Part shown: in pieces, positions 38,001 through 45,316 of the stretch | Layout: the number at the start of each line of letters is the position of its first letter | Position numbering within the stretch: position 1 is the first letter of the stretch | IMG/VR virus record: IMGVR_UViG_3300023210_000015 | Location: 32,001-96,000 of that record | Strand: one strand, 5' to 3' | Length of the DNA stretch: 64,000 bases | Source: a virus | Translations under genes and position numbers: made by a program | The notes under the pieces: model-generated | Database searches by the model: none | Told to the model about the DNA's origin: nothing | What the model saw: only the letters and a program-made list of their open reading frames with translations

Positions 38001-39200
38001 GACCTCCCAGGAGTTTTGAATCCTGAAGAAACTGATGTTGAAGTTGAGAAGGAAGGGGAGGAAGAGGAAACCGAAATGGACTTTGAAGAAAAGGAAGCTG
38101 CCATCATGAATAGAAATTACATCGGCAGAACTGACGAAATTGCTCATCTTGATTTTTCCAAGTTAGCCAGTGTTATTAAGGGTGCTGACACAATCAAGAT
38201 TAAGCCTGCTCAAGACGTTGTTCCTTTCCAATATAGTGCTACAAGCACAATTGGCGATGAAGACGCTTTCACCGCTGACAAAGCAACTGCTCCCCATAAG
38301 GGTGATGCGGCTGCTATAGGAAATGAAGAACCTCCAAAGGCTGAAAAAGCAAGCGCTCCTACTTCCGACGCTCGTATGAGCGGAGAAAAAGATAATACTG
38401 ATCTAAAACCAGAACTTGATGATGTCGCTACTGGCGGCGAAGAGGGTGCTGGTACTTCAAAGGCCGCTTCTACAAAAGAAAGAATTTCCAATTTGGCTGA
38501 CGCAATCATCAAAGCTCAAGCTAATATCGAAGCTCAGACAAAAGTGAAAAGGAAATTCGTTCAAGACGATGAAGACACAAAGCCTTATTCTGGCGACAGT
38601 TTTATAGGCAATGAAAAAGAATCCATCGGTGATGTTCCTGCTGCCAAGCCTGCAATCGAGCAGAAGGTTCCAACCGATCAAGCCTTTATTGGCAATGAAA
38701 AAGAATCTATTGGCGAAAAGCCAAGTGATGCCGACATGCCTGACATCCCAACAAAGGATAGCAGAATTGACGGCGAAAAAGATAATGAAAAAATCGCTCC
38801 TGAAAAGGACGATGAAATGACGGGCGACGTTACAAATGGTGGCGTAAACGCGGAGTCTCACACTCATAGAAAAGAAGCAACTCGCGTTGCTGGTCGCATG
38901 CTTCAAGCTGGCAAGATTAGCATTGAAGACTTAGCAACCAAGATCGCAGAGTTAGAACGCTATGAGAGTGGAACACTCAATGATATTGAGAACTCCATCT
39001 TTGATGAAAAGGGACTTAACACGCAATCCGAGGGGTTAGAGCAAGCCCCTGTAGTATCCGAAGACAGCAATCAGATAAAGGTTGCCAATTCGCAAGACGA
39101 GTTGGCTAAACAATTAACTGGTATGTTTAGTCTTTCTAGGAGAAACGAAGCTGCTCAAGAGGATTCCGATATCCAATTAAGGAAAGATTATGGTAGGTAA
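32010..39200 (+). CDS. Prohead protease fused to a giant acidic scaffold; contains an intein
   Basis: NDNGDAF, PIFTNH, LARGI..GTSMG|CSV..CSIC, FIEDSFVVNPA; about 1500-aa acidic region; directly upstream of the decoration and MCP genes. Confidence 0.85.
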   Translation: MIIKHAIRLVDGTLEALNKPDWYEYNMSRVKFASIQKDKNDLGGFDLESAVKESPDFLFVKVFAIKEDEVNDNGDAFSSMELKKAAKSFIGVPIFTNHQNDDVEKAKGQCVHAWYDKNAEGIWIISKIDRVAYPQLARGIEEKYVAGTSMGAMSGDAEILMSDYSKKRISDVEIGEKVITHLGNCCKVEEVHSDFIDEHLLKFDLGNLANSPLFTQDHPIFSINGKTIREQKKNNKDWRSYPYDCIFREAKDLKLGDYVLIPSAHKMVKENEFDLDFYYLLGAFAGDGYIKFNRGKIEGFGFCFGNQDIALISKIKNILSQYTDFDIKEKIIESRNGVYLSIYDRKLANKLNTLIGHGAYTKRIKIKEFSENAIKQFISGYIDTDGCSVKDYTDCKNDIRGFQISSCNKNLLESVRSMLVLIGCPAGIMTNIRKPNKNSVVDIETIEHTLFINLFTSSRFKNSIKVAQKLNGYEASYCNTPNMIYRVGDQNYIAARIKGVILVDNYDNEVYDLTVEKDASYIANNIAVHNCSVEYSVCSICHNKAHTADEYCDHIKNHKTRKVSETTECQYHKSPNKPIDDCPVCGKKHNESKKLSHKEAQVFEWNYDVKFIEDSFVVNPACHTCNVNGILNPNGMNRKVATIRDRIGKLEKAASSENDWCLEKTAGERELKYLTDAMDKIETVAKSMMSQKKQISMEYVSDLVDVLASVQATLDELEEMGYAQLPSPSVQSVEDVELPKEAEEETEIQPQSQAVQPLNAAPTIPPAGQPPVQQVAPGIESEQLGDLGSVTRPKFSETIEIKKKDFLRASSSIIDRLDKIQENYTKLEKNSEANQTKIDKESITMANKTGNDQNENEKVAEHDLNVITEKQLDDAEFTGERTNDSPNVITEKQLDNPKDVNVTTSKTPQERSGSYDVITEKQLASIKEGYVVRWNDFPNVITEKQWTDMSRLLGSELSNDQSNRITEKQLTDFMSKHKYVSPTVIYEKLLNGQDGELARWASADTNTLVKIAENVIADAIAYYGKTPDEIRKAASTIDNNGNNQEKAAFLVVINSLAHKADARESERVRYNYLSKLSSSAINTPSAVDALVIAMSDNIADQDAFELIEVVNHVAKSKVAIKRIEAIAKSKLSGEGEDKKVVSKQAAIEEAIANLNKADDGKYRIVANFGSENDKDVDLHVSPENKTAFTSAVYKFANDAIAEEVGTEVDTALLDVNVDSGNNVVVATLKDVSVLTDEEKTSWDKVAQSLQSLVEDPTKPSRSFLPDAETPLAKEGLDILPEPGEEELAIGVDDIDLEGVDLDLELDVSGAPGSLNEELFEGEGKDMLMGDEEVIKDMSMGTEDEMALDIEDARGGPVFASRKDKRDGMVKEAQLLGGEMGGQGGAAQGPGAGAGLPQPPAGGEAPLESFEGSDLGGEFEDEGDLQPKPPGSICPVCSSENVDIIKGEGKCNNCTSEFKYKVAIEVTKWADLLEDQDNGDEEEDIEGEGFEIEETPEAAAPPAAPAPPAAAPAPAPMPGAASTDNDKIQKFASVDRFASMTVIKPEAIKVAKEAGIELGTVSPVTGSANTMKLEDGRRFCLDTGTPYSVEYAVDKNDPKKVYAQWSWKPPVDEGCSECAKSHQQFVESLSTMNITEDQFDSMGLKEKGETILSMKQAGLLKQIKTASAETNNMIKKATVTLGDNFPMESCVEKLARRYGEDALALSGPCEGKPLADCICASLKRSGMYSSRLANKVASIWSDKEASTECLEDYVRMGFELKEAAAVCQALKTKYASPKDVYAQQLGEIIEQDEEVDVPVADDEVGVTDLGDEDPFDGEEVEGAGDVTITLPGEVVEQLDAALDTALGETPEEEAHHEEGIDVTEDVGGPAEEAVDVAEGAEEMVPMEGGEVGESKDMGGEVVEIGIEDGGEEVGGIGEVGEVVEDEVGEVVEDEGEIGGDIGEDIADETAAPQGLAEVVEEVVEAVEEAVEKVKEIIDEKNGVEEEGILEEDENSEGNDLPGVLNPEETDVEVEKEGEEEETEMDFEEKEAAIMNRNYIGRTDEIAHLDFSKLASVIKGADTIKIKPAQDVVPFQYSATSTIGDEDAFTADKATAPHKGDAAAIGNEEPPKAEKASAPTSDARMSGEKDNTDLKPELDDVATGGEEGAGTSKAASTKERISNLADAIIKAQANIEAQTKVKRKFVQDDEDTKPYSGDSFIGNEKESIGDVPAAKPAIEQKVPTDQAFIGNEKESIGEKPSDADMPDIPTKDSRIDGEKDNEKIAPEKDDEMTGDVTNGGVNAESHTHRKEATRVAGRMLQAGKISIEDLATKIAELERYESGTLNDIENSIFDEKGLNTQSEGLEQAPVVSEDSNQIKVANSQDELAKQLTGMFSLSRRNEAAQEDSDIQLRKDYGR
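32463..33599 (+). mobile_element. Ala-initiated intein with LAGLIDADG endonuclease in the prohead protease
   Basis: A1 (AMSGDAEILM..RISDVEIGEKVITH), FTQDHP, LLGAFAGDG and FISGYIDTDG, VYDLTV..VHN followed by C+1. Confidence 0.88.
34542..39200 (+). CDS. Nested in-frame scaffold protein (internal start MANKTGND)
   Basis: TAAGGAG 10 nt before in-frame ATG 34542; internal AGAAGGATTTT..GTAGTATTATA promoter-like motif at 34417-34451. Confidence 0.65.
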   Translation: MANKTGNDQNENEKVAEHDLNVITEKQLDDAEFTGERTNDSPNVITEKQLDNPKDVNVTTSKTPQERSGSYDVITEKQLASIKEGYVVRWNDFPNVITEKQWTDMSRLLGSELSNDQSNRITEKQLTDFMSKHKYVSPTVIYEKLLNGQDGELARWASADTNTLVKIAENVIADAIAYYGKTPDEIRKAASTIDNNGNNQEKAAFLVVINSLAHKADARESERVRYNYLSKLSSSAINTPSAVDALVIAMSDNIADQDAFELIEVVNHVAKSKVAIKRIEAIAKSKLSGEGEDKKVVSKQAAIEEAIANLNKADDGKYRIVANFGSENDKDVDLHVSPENKTAFTSAVYKFANDAIAEEVGTEVDTALLDVNVDSGNNVVVATLKDVSVLTDEEKTSWDKVAQSLQSLVEDPTKPSRSFLPDAETPLAKEGLDILPEPGEEELAIGVDDIDLEGVDLDLELDVSGAPGSLNEELFEGEGKDMLMGDEEVIKDMSMGTEDEMALDIEDARGGPVFASRKDKRDGMVKEAQLLGGEMGGQGGAAQGPGAGAGLPQPPAGGEAPLESFEGSDLGGEFEDEGDLQPKPPGSICPVCSSENVDIIKGEGKCNNCTSEFKYKVAIEVTKWADLLEDQDNGDEEEDIEGEGFEIEETPEAAAPPAAPAPPAAAPAPAPMPGAASTDNDKIQKFASVDRFASMTVIKPEAIKVAKEAGIELGTVSPVTGSANTMKLEDGRRFCLDTGTPYSVEYAVDKNDPKKVYAQWSWKPPVDEGCSECAKSHQQFVESLSTMNITEDQFDSMGLKEKGETILSMKQAGLLKQIKTASAETNNMIKKATVTLGDNFPMESCVEKLARRYGEDALALSGPCEGKPLADCICASLKRSGMYSSRLANKVASIWSDKEASTECLEDYVRMGFELKEAAAVCQALKTKYASPKDVYAQQLGEIIEQDEEVDVPVADDEVGVTDLGDEDPFDGEEVEGAGDVTITLPGEVVEQLDAALDTALGETPEEEAHHEEGIDVTEDVGGPAEEAVDVAEGAEEMVPMEGGEVGESKDMGGEVVEIGIEDGGEEVGGIGEVGEVVEDEVGEVVEDEGEIGGDIGEDIADETAAPQGLAEVVEEVVEAVEEAVEKVKEIIDEKNGVEEEGILEEDENSEGNDLPGVLNPEETDVEVEKEGEEEETEMDFEEKEAAIMNRNYIGRTDEIAHLDFSKLASVIKGADTIKIKPAQDVVPFQYSATSTIGDEDAFTADKATAPHKGDAAAIGNEEPPKAEKASAPTSDARMSGEKDNTDLKPELDDVATGGEEGAGTSKAASTKERISNLADAIIKAQANIEAQTKVKRKFVQDDEDTKPYSGDSFIGNEKESIGDVPAAKPAIEQKVPTDQAFIGNEKESIGEKPSDADMPDIPTKDSRIDGEKDNEKIAPEKDDEMTGDVTNGGVNAESHTHRKEATRVAGRMLQAGKISIEDLATKIAELERYESGTLNDIENSIFDEKGLNTQSEGLEQAPVVSEDSNQIKVANSQDELAKQLTGMFSLSRRNEAAQEDSDIQLRKDYGR

Positions 39201-39213
39201 TGGAGAATAAATT

Positions 39214-39762
39214 ATGGCTCTTATAGAAATTTACCACGTTGTTGCAGACATGTATGATGTTGACCCAGACTGGACCAATGCAGAAGCTATTATCGAGGGG
39301 CAGTGGGTTGCACTCGAAAGCGTCTCTGGTTCAATTTACGCGAAACGCGCTGATGGTACTGATGAGAGAATCATCGGTATTGCTGGCGATACTATGTCGA
39401 ACACAACCTCCGGTACCCCGTATGCTACTGCTGTATTGGTTAACCCTGCTGGTAATACTCGCCAGACTGAGAACCGTGTTTCTGATATGTTCAATGAGAC
39501 ATTGGCTTCTGGCAAGATTACAGTTTACAACGCTGGCGGCAAGTTCGCCACCGACCAGGTCCGCTCCGGTGTGACCTTTACAGTCGGTCAAGCATTGTAC
39601 TGTGATGCCGCAGGTAATACTACTAATGCAGATGCTGGTAACGCTCAAATCGTGGGTATATGTGTTGACCCCGTTTCTGCGTACCCAAGTGGTGTTCCGG
39701 GCACAGACGTAGAAGGTTCGATTAGCTTAGGCAACTATCTAACGATCCTCATCCAACACTAA
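39214..39762 (+). CDS. Capsid decoration/cement protein
   Basis: Position before the MCP; IIGIAGD, GKITVY..GG.F.TDQ, GQALY, IVGIC beta-tulip-like pattern. Confidence 0.75.
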   Translation: MALIEIYHVVADMYDVDPDWTNAEAIIEGQWVALESVSGSIYAKRADGTDERIIGIAGDTMSNTTSGTPYATAVLVNPAGNTRQTENRVSDMFNETLASGKITVYNAGGKFATDQVRSGVTFTVGQALYCDAAGNTTNADAGNAQIVGICVDPVSAYPSGVPGTDVEGSISLGNYLTILIQH

Positions 39763-39848
39763 AAACAGGATAACTTAAGTCCCTTTGTTCTATAGTTTTA
39801 GGGTTTATGAGAATTAACGCCTAAAAGATAGAAAAACAGGAGAATAAA

Positions 39849-40718
39849 ATGATTACTAAGAATGGTTTAACAAACGAAGACAAGCTAGCAGTTATTGAAG
39901 CTGCTTTGAATACTGATGAAGGTCGTGTCGCCCTTGCGCAAGCAATTGTCGAGCCAATTCGCCGTTCTTTGGAATACCAGGCCGTTGGTCGTAAGCTTAT
40001 TATGGTCGACGAACTACCTCAAGGCGCTCTCGCTCGTTACGAGAGAGACGTTGCCGCAATCGCTCATGTGATTTCTCGTCGTGGTGCTGTTCCCGACCAG
40101 ATTCAAGAAGGCGAAGAGGTCTTGGTTCCAACGTTCGAAATCGCCGCTCACCCAACTGTACGTTTGAGTGAAATCAAAGCTCGTCGTTTCTACATTGTAG
40201 ATAGAGCGCAGATTAAGGCAAAAGAGGCTATTCAAAAAGAGGAAGATACCAATATTTTCAACGCATTGATCGCTGCTGCCACTAACCGTGGTACGCAAGT
40301 TGTTGTCAACGTTGGAGCTTTGAGTATCAACTCGTTGAACACGGCGTATCGTCTGATCGAACAGCATGACCTAGTTGCAACAAAGGTCGTTCTGCACGCG
40401 AATCAGTTTGCTACAATCCGTATCTTTGGCAAAGATTTCTACGATGAGGCAACTCAGCGTGAAATCATCACAACTGGCCTTTACGGTCACTTGTGGACTG
40501 CCGATATCCACGTTTCCAGTCGTATGGACACGGATACGGTCCTCGTTGTTGCCTCGCCTGACACAGTGGGTGCGTTCCCCATCCGTCAGGATATTACAGT
40601 TCTTCCCGCCGATGATCCCAAGAAATTGCGTCTTGGCTGGGTGATCTATGAAGAGGTTGGCATCGTTGTGTTGAACGATTACGCTCTAAGCATAATCGAA
40701 GTATCAACAGCTAGCTAA
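39849..40718 (+). CDS. Major capsid protein (HK97 fold)
   Basis: Position, strong RBS, strongly biased codon usage; VGRKL..DELPQG, PTFEI, IQKEED..IF, LGWVIYEEVG. Confidence 0.9.
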   Translation: MITKNGLTNEDKLAVIEAALNTDEGRVALAQAIVEPIRRSLEYQAVGRKLIMVDELPQGALARYERDVAAIAHVISRRGAVPDQIQEGEEVLVPTFEIAAHPTVRLSEIKARRFYIVDRAQIKAKEAIQKEEDTNIFNALIAAATNRGTQVVVNVGALSINSLNTAYRLIEQHDLVATKVVLHANQFATIRIFGKDFYDEATQREIITTGLYGHLWTADIHVSSRMDTDTVLVVASPDTVGAFPIRQDITVLPADDPKKLRLGWVIYEEVGIVVLNDYALSIIEVSTAS

Positions 40719-40731
40719 TTAGTACAGACTA

Positions 40732-40770
40732 AAATAAAAAGGCAGTTTTTTATAAACTGCCTTTTTATTT
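40732..40770 (+). terminator. Rho-independent terminator after the MCP gene
   Basis: AAATAAAAAGGCAGTTT-TTTAT-AAACTGCCTTTTTATTT. Confidence 0.85.
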
Positions 40771-40806
40771 ACTATAATGTCATACACGAAGATGTTGGAA
40801 TAGAGA

Positions 40807-42531
40807 ATGCATAAAAGAAAAATATTCAACTTTGAATCTGTTATTTTAGATCATTTAACTATAGAAAAAGAAGGATATCCTCCTGTTCAATATAGTAATG
40901 GTTCTGCGAAATTTATTTGGGCCACCTGTAGATATTGCGGTGAACCTCATCGTTTGCGTAAATGTTTTTTCTATAGAAGCGGATCAGCATGTCACAAAGA
41001 GTGTAGAATAGAAGAACAGAAACAACAAGTGTCTCCATTCGCTGATAAAAAAGTTAGGAAAAAAGCCGAAGAAACTAATCTCAAAAAATATGGAGTTAAA
41101 CATGCTGCCTCTAATCCTAAAATTCGTTCTAAAATTTCTAAAACTAAAAAAACTGAATTTTCTAAAAACAAAACGAAGCAAACGAATTTACAAAAATATG
41201 GTGTTGAAAATGTATTTCAAAATCCTGAAATAAAAAACAAAATAGCTGCTACTAACAAAAAACGCTATGGATACAAATCTCCTATTCAAAACCAGTCAAT
41301 CATGGATAAAATACAAAAAACTAATCTCAATAAATTTGGTTTTATCAATCCAATGCAGAATGATGTCGTAAAAGAAAAAGCCGTAGCAACCAGTATGGAC
41401 AGATATAATAAACCAAATCCTATGCAAAATGCAAAAATTGCCAAACAAACATCTATTTCTCTTAAAACAACTATAAAAAATAATGTTTCTGGTAATTATA
41501 ATTTAATCAATTTGTTGCGCGGTAAATCCTTTTGGAGTATGTTAAAAAAAGAAGATATAACGTTATTAGAAATATGTGATTATTTTAATATAAATTATGG
41601 CAGCTTAACTGCCCACTTAGTTCAAGATGAATTTAAAAATAAATATTACAGTATTTACTCTTTCCCAACGCAGCAAAAACAAAAAGAATTAATCAATTGT
41701 ATTAAAAAAATGGGGATACGCGATAATCAAATTATAATTAACACCAGAAAAGTAATTTCTCCTCTAGAACTTGACATATATATACCTCATTTAAATGTGG
41801 CTATAGAATTCAATGGAAGTTATTGGCATTCAGAAGCAATTCTTTCTTCTATAGAGGCTAGAAATAAACACATACATAAAACGAAATTATGCCGAGATAA
41901 AGGAATATTTTTATTACATATCTTTGAGAATAATTGGCATCAGAAAAAACAACAACTATTGAACTATATAAAGTCCAAACTGGGTCTAAATCAAAATAGA
42001 ATCGCGGCCAGAAAATGTACGATAGATCATACGAATGCTAAAGATTTTATCGACACTAATCATATACAGGGGTATGGTCGTGGAACAATAAAATATTTCA
42101 ATTTGAGATATGACGGAAAAATTATTGGCAGCATGACAGCTTCGTTGCATCACAGACAAAAAGACGCTAATGTTATTTTAAATAGACTTTGTTTCTGTAG
42201 TGATACGACTATACAAGGAGGAGGGCGTAGGCTATTTAAGTATTTTGAACTTTGGGCACGAGAACAAAATTATAAAAATATTATATCGTGGTCAGATAAT
42301 AGTTGGACTGACGGTAACATATATCCTATTTTGGGATTTAAAAAAGAGCATGCATATGGACCTGATTATTTTTACTGGGATATAAAAAGTAAAAAATATT
42401 TCTCTAAACAATCTAAACAAAAGAGTAAAATTGGTTGTCCAAAAGATATGACGGAACATGAATATTGTATGCAGATGGGTCTTTACAGAATTTGGGATTG
42501 CGGAAAAATTCGTTGGATATATGATTTGTAA
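40807..42531 (+). CDS. Hef-like free-standing homing endonuclease (TNLxKYG repeats + PD-(D/E)XK + GNAT-like domain)
   Basis: TNLKKYGV repeats, ELDIYIP..AIEFNGSYWH, NHIQG..LNRLC..IQGG..IISWSD..IWDCG; very AT-rich. Confidence 0.75.
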   Translation: MHKRKIFNFESVILDHLTIEKEGYPPVQYSNGSAKFIWATCRYCGEPHRLRKCFFYRSGSACHKECRIEEQKQQVSPFADKKVRKKAEETNLKKYGVKHAASNPKIRSKISKTKKTEFSKNKTKQTNLQKYGVENVFQNPEIKNKIAATNKKRYGYKSPIQNQSIMDKIQKTNLNKFGFINPMQNDVVKEKAVATSMDRYNKPNPMQNAKIAKQTSISLKTTIKNNVSGNYNLINLLRGKSFWSMLKKEDITLLEICDYFNINYGSLTAHLVQDEFKNKYYSIYSFPTQQKQKELINCIKKMGIRDNQIIINTRKVISPLELDIYIPHLNVAIEFNGSYWHSEAILSSIEARNKHIHKTKLCRDKGIFLLHIFENNWHQKKQQLLNYIKSKLGLNQNRIAARKCTIDHTNAKDFIDTNHIQGYGRGTIKYFNLRYDGKIIGSMTASLHHRQKDANVILNRLCFCSDTTIQGGGRRLFKYFELWAREQNYKNIISWSDNSWTDGNIYPILGFKKEHAYGPDYFYWDIKSKKYFSKQSKQKSKIGCPKDMTEHEYCMQMGLYRIWDCGKIRWIYDL

Positions 42532-42726
42532 AAGAGAAGTCATATAGTTTAGATCGTAAATAGTGTTAATCACTTCAGATATAGTTATTCTTAATCATTT
42601 TTTACACATCCATTTCCGATATATAGATAAAGGATTTCGTCTTATTTCGCAATATTAATAACTAATCAAAGAAAATGGTGAACTACATATGGACCCTAAC
42701 AAAATTAAGTATGAGAGTAATAACTA

Positions 42727-43011
42727 ATGACTGAATTAACTACGCAAGTGATAACAGCAGCGACAGTGAAAGACGTAAGCGATGCGATAGTTTCGGTTGC
42801 AACGGTTCCGCGTACCATCGAACTTCGCACGCGGGACGATGTGCGAATCACGGCTGAAAGCGGCCGAATGGGGCATCGTCACGCTCGACTCCTCAAGGAG
42901 CGTCTGGTTGCTGCCGGGTATAGATGTTACGGCCCCGGATGCGTGAACCGCTCGTTCACGGTCGTCGCCAAGAAGCCTCTGCCCGTCGCAGTGGTTGAGG
43001 AGATCGGGTAA
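42727..43011 (+). CDS. Hypothetical protein at the start of a GC-rich cassette
   Basis: TAATG coupling at both ends. Confidence 0.6.
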   Translation: MTELTTQVITAATVKDVSDAIVSVATVPRTIELRTRDDVRITAESGRMGHRHARLLKERLVAAGYRCYGPGCVNRSFTVVAKKPLPVAVVEEIG

Positions 43012-44515
43012 TGGCCAACAAGGAATGGGTGCCTGCCGACGACAACTGGGCATTGGCGACCAACTACACGGGCGGGGTTGCCCCCGTTACCACCGACACG
43101 ATCCAGCACACGCTCGCCACGCGAACCGCCCCCGCCACGAATCTCCCGGCGTCGGGGACGTACAACTACGAATTCGTCGATGCGGTCAACAGCTACGAAG
43201 TAGACATCTCGGCCTTCGATGCAGGTGCGGCAGTCGGGACGATCCTGTTCTCGACTCTGGATGGGTATATCGTCATCGAGGAAGCTACTGGAACGCTGAC
43301 CTCGACGCTGGGCCAGTTCGACCTGAATGGTGCTAATGCGTATGTCGTTGTCCTCAACGGTGCGGATGCAAGCGTAGTCGCCCACGAGGGGGCGACGGTT
43401 CAGTCGATCACGGACGGTGGGGCTGGTGGTACGATTTATGGAACGGCCGACGAGTCCTTCACGATCATCGACGCCCTGACCACCGGGACGATGGATGTAC
43501 TGCTCGACTCTGGTAGCGAACTCATCACCACGGGCGGGGCGACGATCTCCAACACGTCCACGCTCCAGATGCTCGACGACAGTGGCAACGACAACATAAT
43601 GATCACGGGCGACCTGACCATCGCCAGCGGCGGGACGTTTGACTGGTCGATTCTCGCTGCTGCCCAGATCGTGACCGTGGATGGGAACTTGGTCGTCGCG
43701 GGAGTATGGACAGGTTCAGTGGAAGCTGGGGCGTATCTGATCGTCACTGGCAACCTTCACTACGCGAGTGCCACAGGCGAAACAAACGTCCATGTCAAGA
43801 TGACGGGAAGTGGGAAGACCATCAACGGGGCGAGGTACAACCATCACCCCGGCTCTCTGACCTTCGTTGCAGGGTCCAGCGTCGAGGTTACGGCCACCAC
43901 CTACGCAGATGTCATAGCGTCGGAGGTCGGGTCAACGGTCACGGGTTCGTCCCTTCTCTATGTCGAGTACATGGGCAACAACTCGCTCGATCTTCAGGGC
44001 GACGTTTCCGCTCCCGTTAGGATCAGGCCGTCCAGCTCTCGGTCTAACACAGGGCGGGTTCACACGACCGGCGTGTGTACCATCACGGGCCGGGATACGA
44101 CATGGACTTGCAGTGGGGTATGGGACTGCGGCGAAACGATTATCGAGGGCGATGACACTGACAACGAGTATGGCAAGCTTACCCTGACCGGGGCGAGTGC
44201 TTCGCTTGGCGATTTGACTCTGGGCAAAGCCGCCGACATCAATCGGCATGGAATTCTTGATGTAAGTGGCGTCAGCGGTGCGGTGTCGATTGGTGATCTC
44301 GTTGATGCTGCGGGCGGCTCGTCGGCTCTTGCTCTCGGTGCGAAGGAAATCACACTCGGTGGGGACTGGGACGGGACGAACATCGCCGTGACGGGCAGCG
44401 GGACCGTAACGGGTGACAACACCATGACCATCGACAACATGGGCGACCCTGGGGCGGTTATAACTGTCTTGGGCGGCGTGACGGACGGAGGGTCGAATCA
44501 CGAGAACTGGATATT
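42750..44515 (+). mobile_element. GC-rich, horizontally acquired cassette
   Basis: Spot count 39/60 GC in line 43621 versus 16/60 in line 41101; abrupt return to AT-rich sequence after ..NHENWIF. Confidence 0.8.
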
Positions 44516-45059
44516 TGCTCAACCTACTCCACCAATACCAGTAGTTCCTAAAGTGACTACAATAACGAGTAGTGTTATAAACAGAATAGGCTCAACTGAT
44601 ATAGCCGCTGTTAGAAATAACAATTATGATTATATGATCAATGTAGTATTGGCTTCTTCTGTTGGTTTCTCTGCAACTACGAATAAGTTAAGTCTATATG
44701 GATACCCTCTGTCATTGATGGAAAGAGGAGGGAATTATGCTCTTAACGTGATATCTAAAAATGATGTACTTGTAACAGATAATACATATGTTTATAACGG
44801 CGTAAGATATATGCTCTTTAATTATGGCGGCAACAATGTTTATGCCATCAATAATGTTTCTGGTTCTTCTGTAGCGACTAATTCTACAATGTGGCATGGT
44901 GTTCCTGTCTCAATCAATTCAGACAATTCAATGGTGATGGTTGATAAAAGAGATGTAGTAACAGATGAAACAGCACAATTGATGATGGGTGGAGTTCCAA
45001 TTCTGATCGGAAGGATTGATAACGATTGGCATTTGATAGTAGGCAAGAACAATAGTTAA
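43011..45059 (+). CDS. Chimeric beta-solenoid/adhesin-like virion protein
   Basis: Gly/Thr-rich beta-helix-like GC-rich N-terminal part ending NWIF, Pro linker, AT-rich C-terminal domain. Confidence 0.65.
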   Translation: MANKEWVPADDNWALATNYTGGVAPVTTDTIQHTLATRTAPATNLPASGTYNYEFVDAVNSYEVDISAFDAGAAVGTILFSTLDGYIVIEEATGTLTSTLGQFDLNGANAYVVVLNGADASVVAHEGATVQSITDGGAGGTIYGTADESFTIIDALTTGTMDVLLDSGSELITTGGATISNTSTLQMLDDSGNDNIMITGDLTIASGGTFDWSILAAAQIVTVDGNLVVAGVWTGSVEAGAYLIVTGNLHYASATGETNVHVKMTGSGKTINGARYNHHPGSLTFVAGSSVEVTATTYADVIASEVGSTVTGSSLLYVEYMGNNSLDLQGDVSAPVRIRPSSSRSNTGRVHTTGVCTITGRDTTWTCSGVWDCGETIIEGDDTDNEYGKLTLTGASASLGDLTLGKAADINRHGILDVSGVSGAVSIGDLVDAAGGSSALALGAKEITLGGDWDGTNIAVTGSGTVTGDNTMTIDNMGDPGAVITVLGGVTDGGSNHENWIFAQPTPPIPVVPKVTTITSSVINRIGSTDIAAVRNNNYDYMINVVLASSVGFSATTNKLSLYGYPLSLMERGGNYALNVISKNDVLVTDNTYVYNGVRYMLFNYGGNNVYAINNVSGSSVATNSTMWHGVPVSINSDNSMVMVDKRDVVTDETAQLMMGGVPILIGRIDNDWHLIVGKNNS

Positions 45060-45316
45060 TGAAAACGATTGAAACACAAAATTACAAAACGGGAAGTCGA
45101 TTGGCTTTCTTAGAAAAGCTGTCTAAGGAAGCCCAACTCAACGTCTTAGAAAAAAAAAACTTAGAAGAATCATTGCCTTGGATCGAAAACGCTATACTTA
45201 AAATTGATGAAGCTTTAAAAAGTCATAATTATGGCTTCAAATACCATCTTCTCAAATTGCGCAGAAAAGCTCTATTAAAAGAATATAGATTAATTAGACA
45301 ACTCCTTAACAGATAA
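45059..45316 (+). CDS. Small hypothetical protein (KEAQ site)
   Basis: Coupled ORF. Confidence 0.55.
   Translation: MKTIETQNYKTGSRLAFLEKLSKEAQLNVLEKKNLEESLPWIENAILKIDEALKSHNYGFKYHLLKLRRKALLKEYRLIRQLLNR

Noticed and set aside
39849-40718. Encapsulin nanocompartment instead of a phage MCP
   Set aside because: It is flanked by terminase, portal, protease-scaffold and decoration genes.
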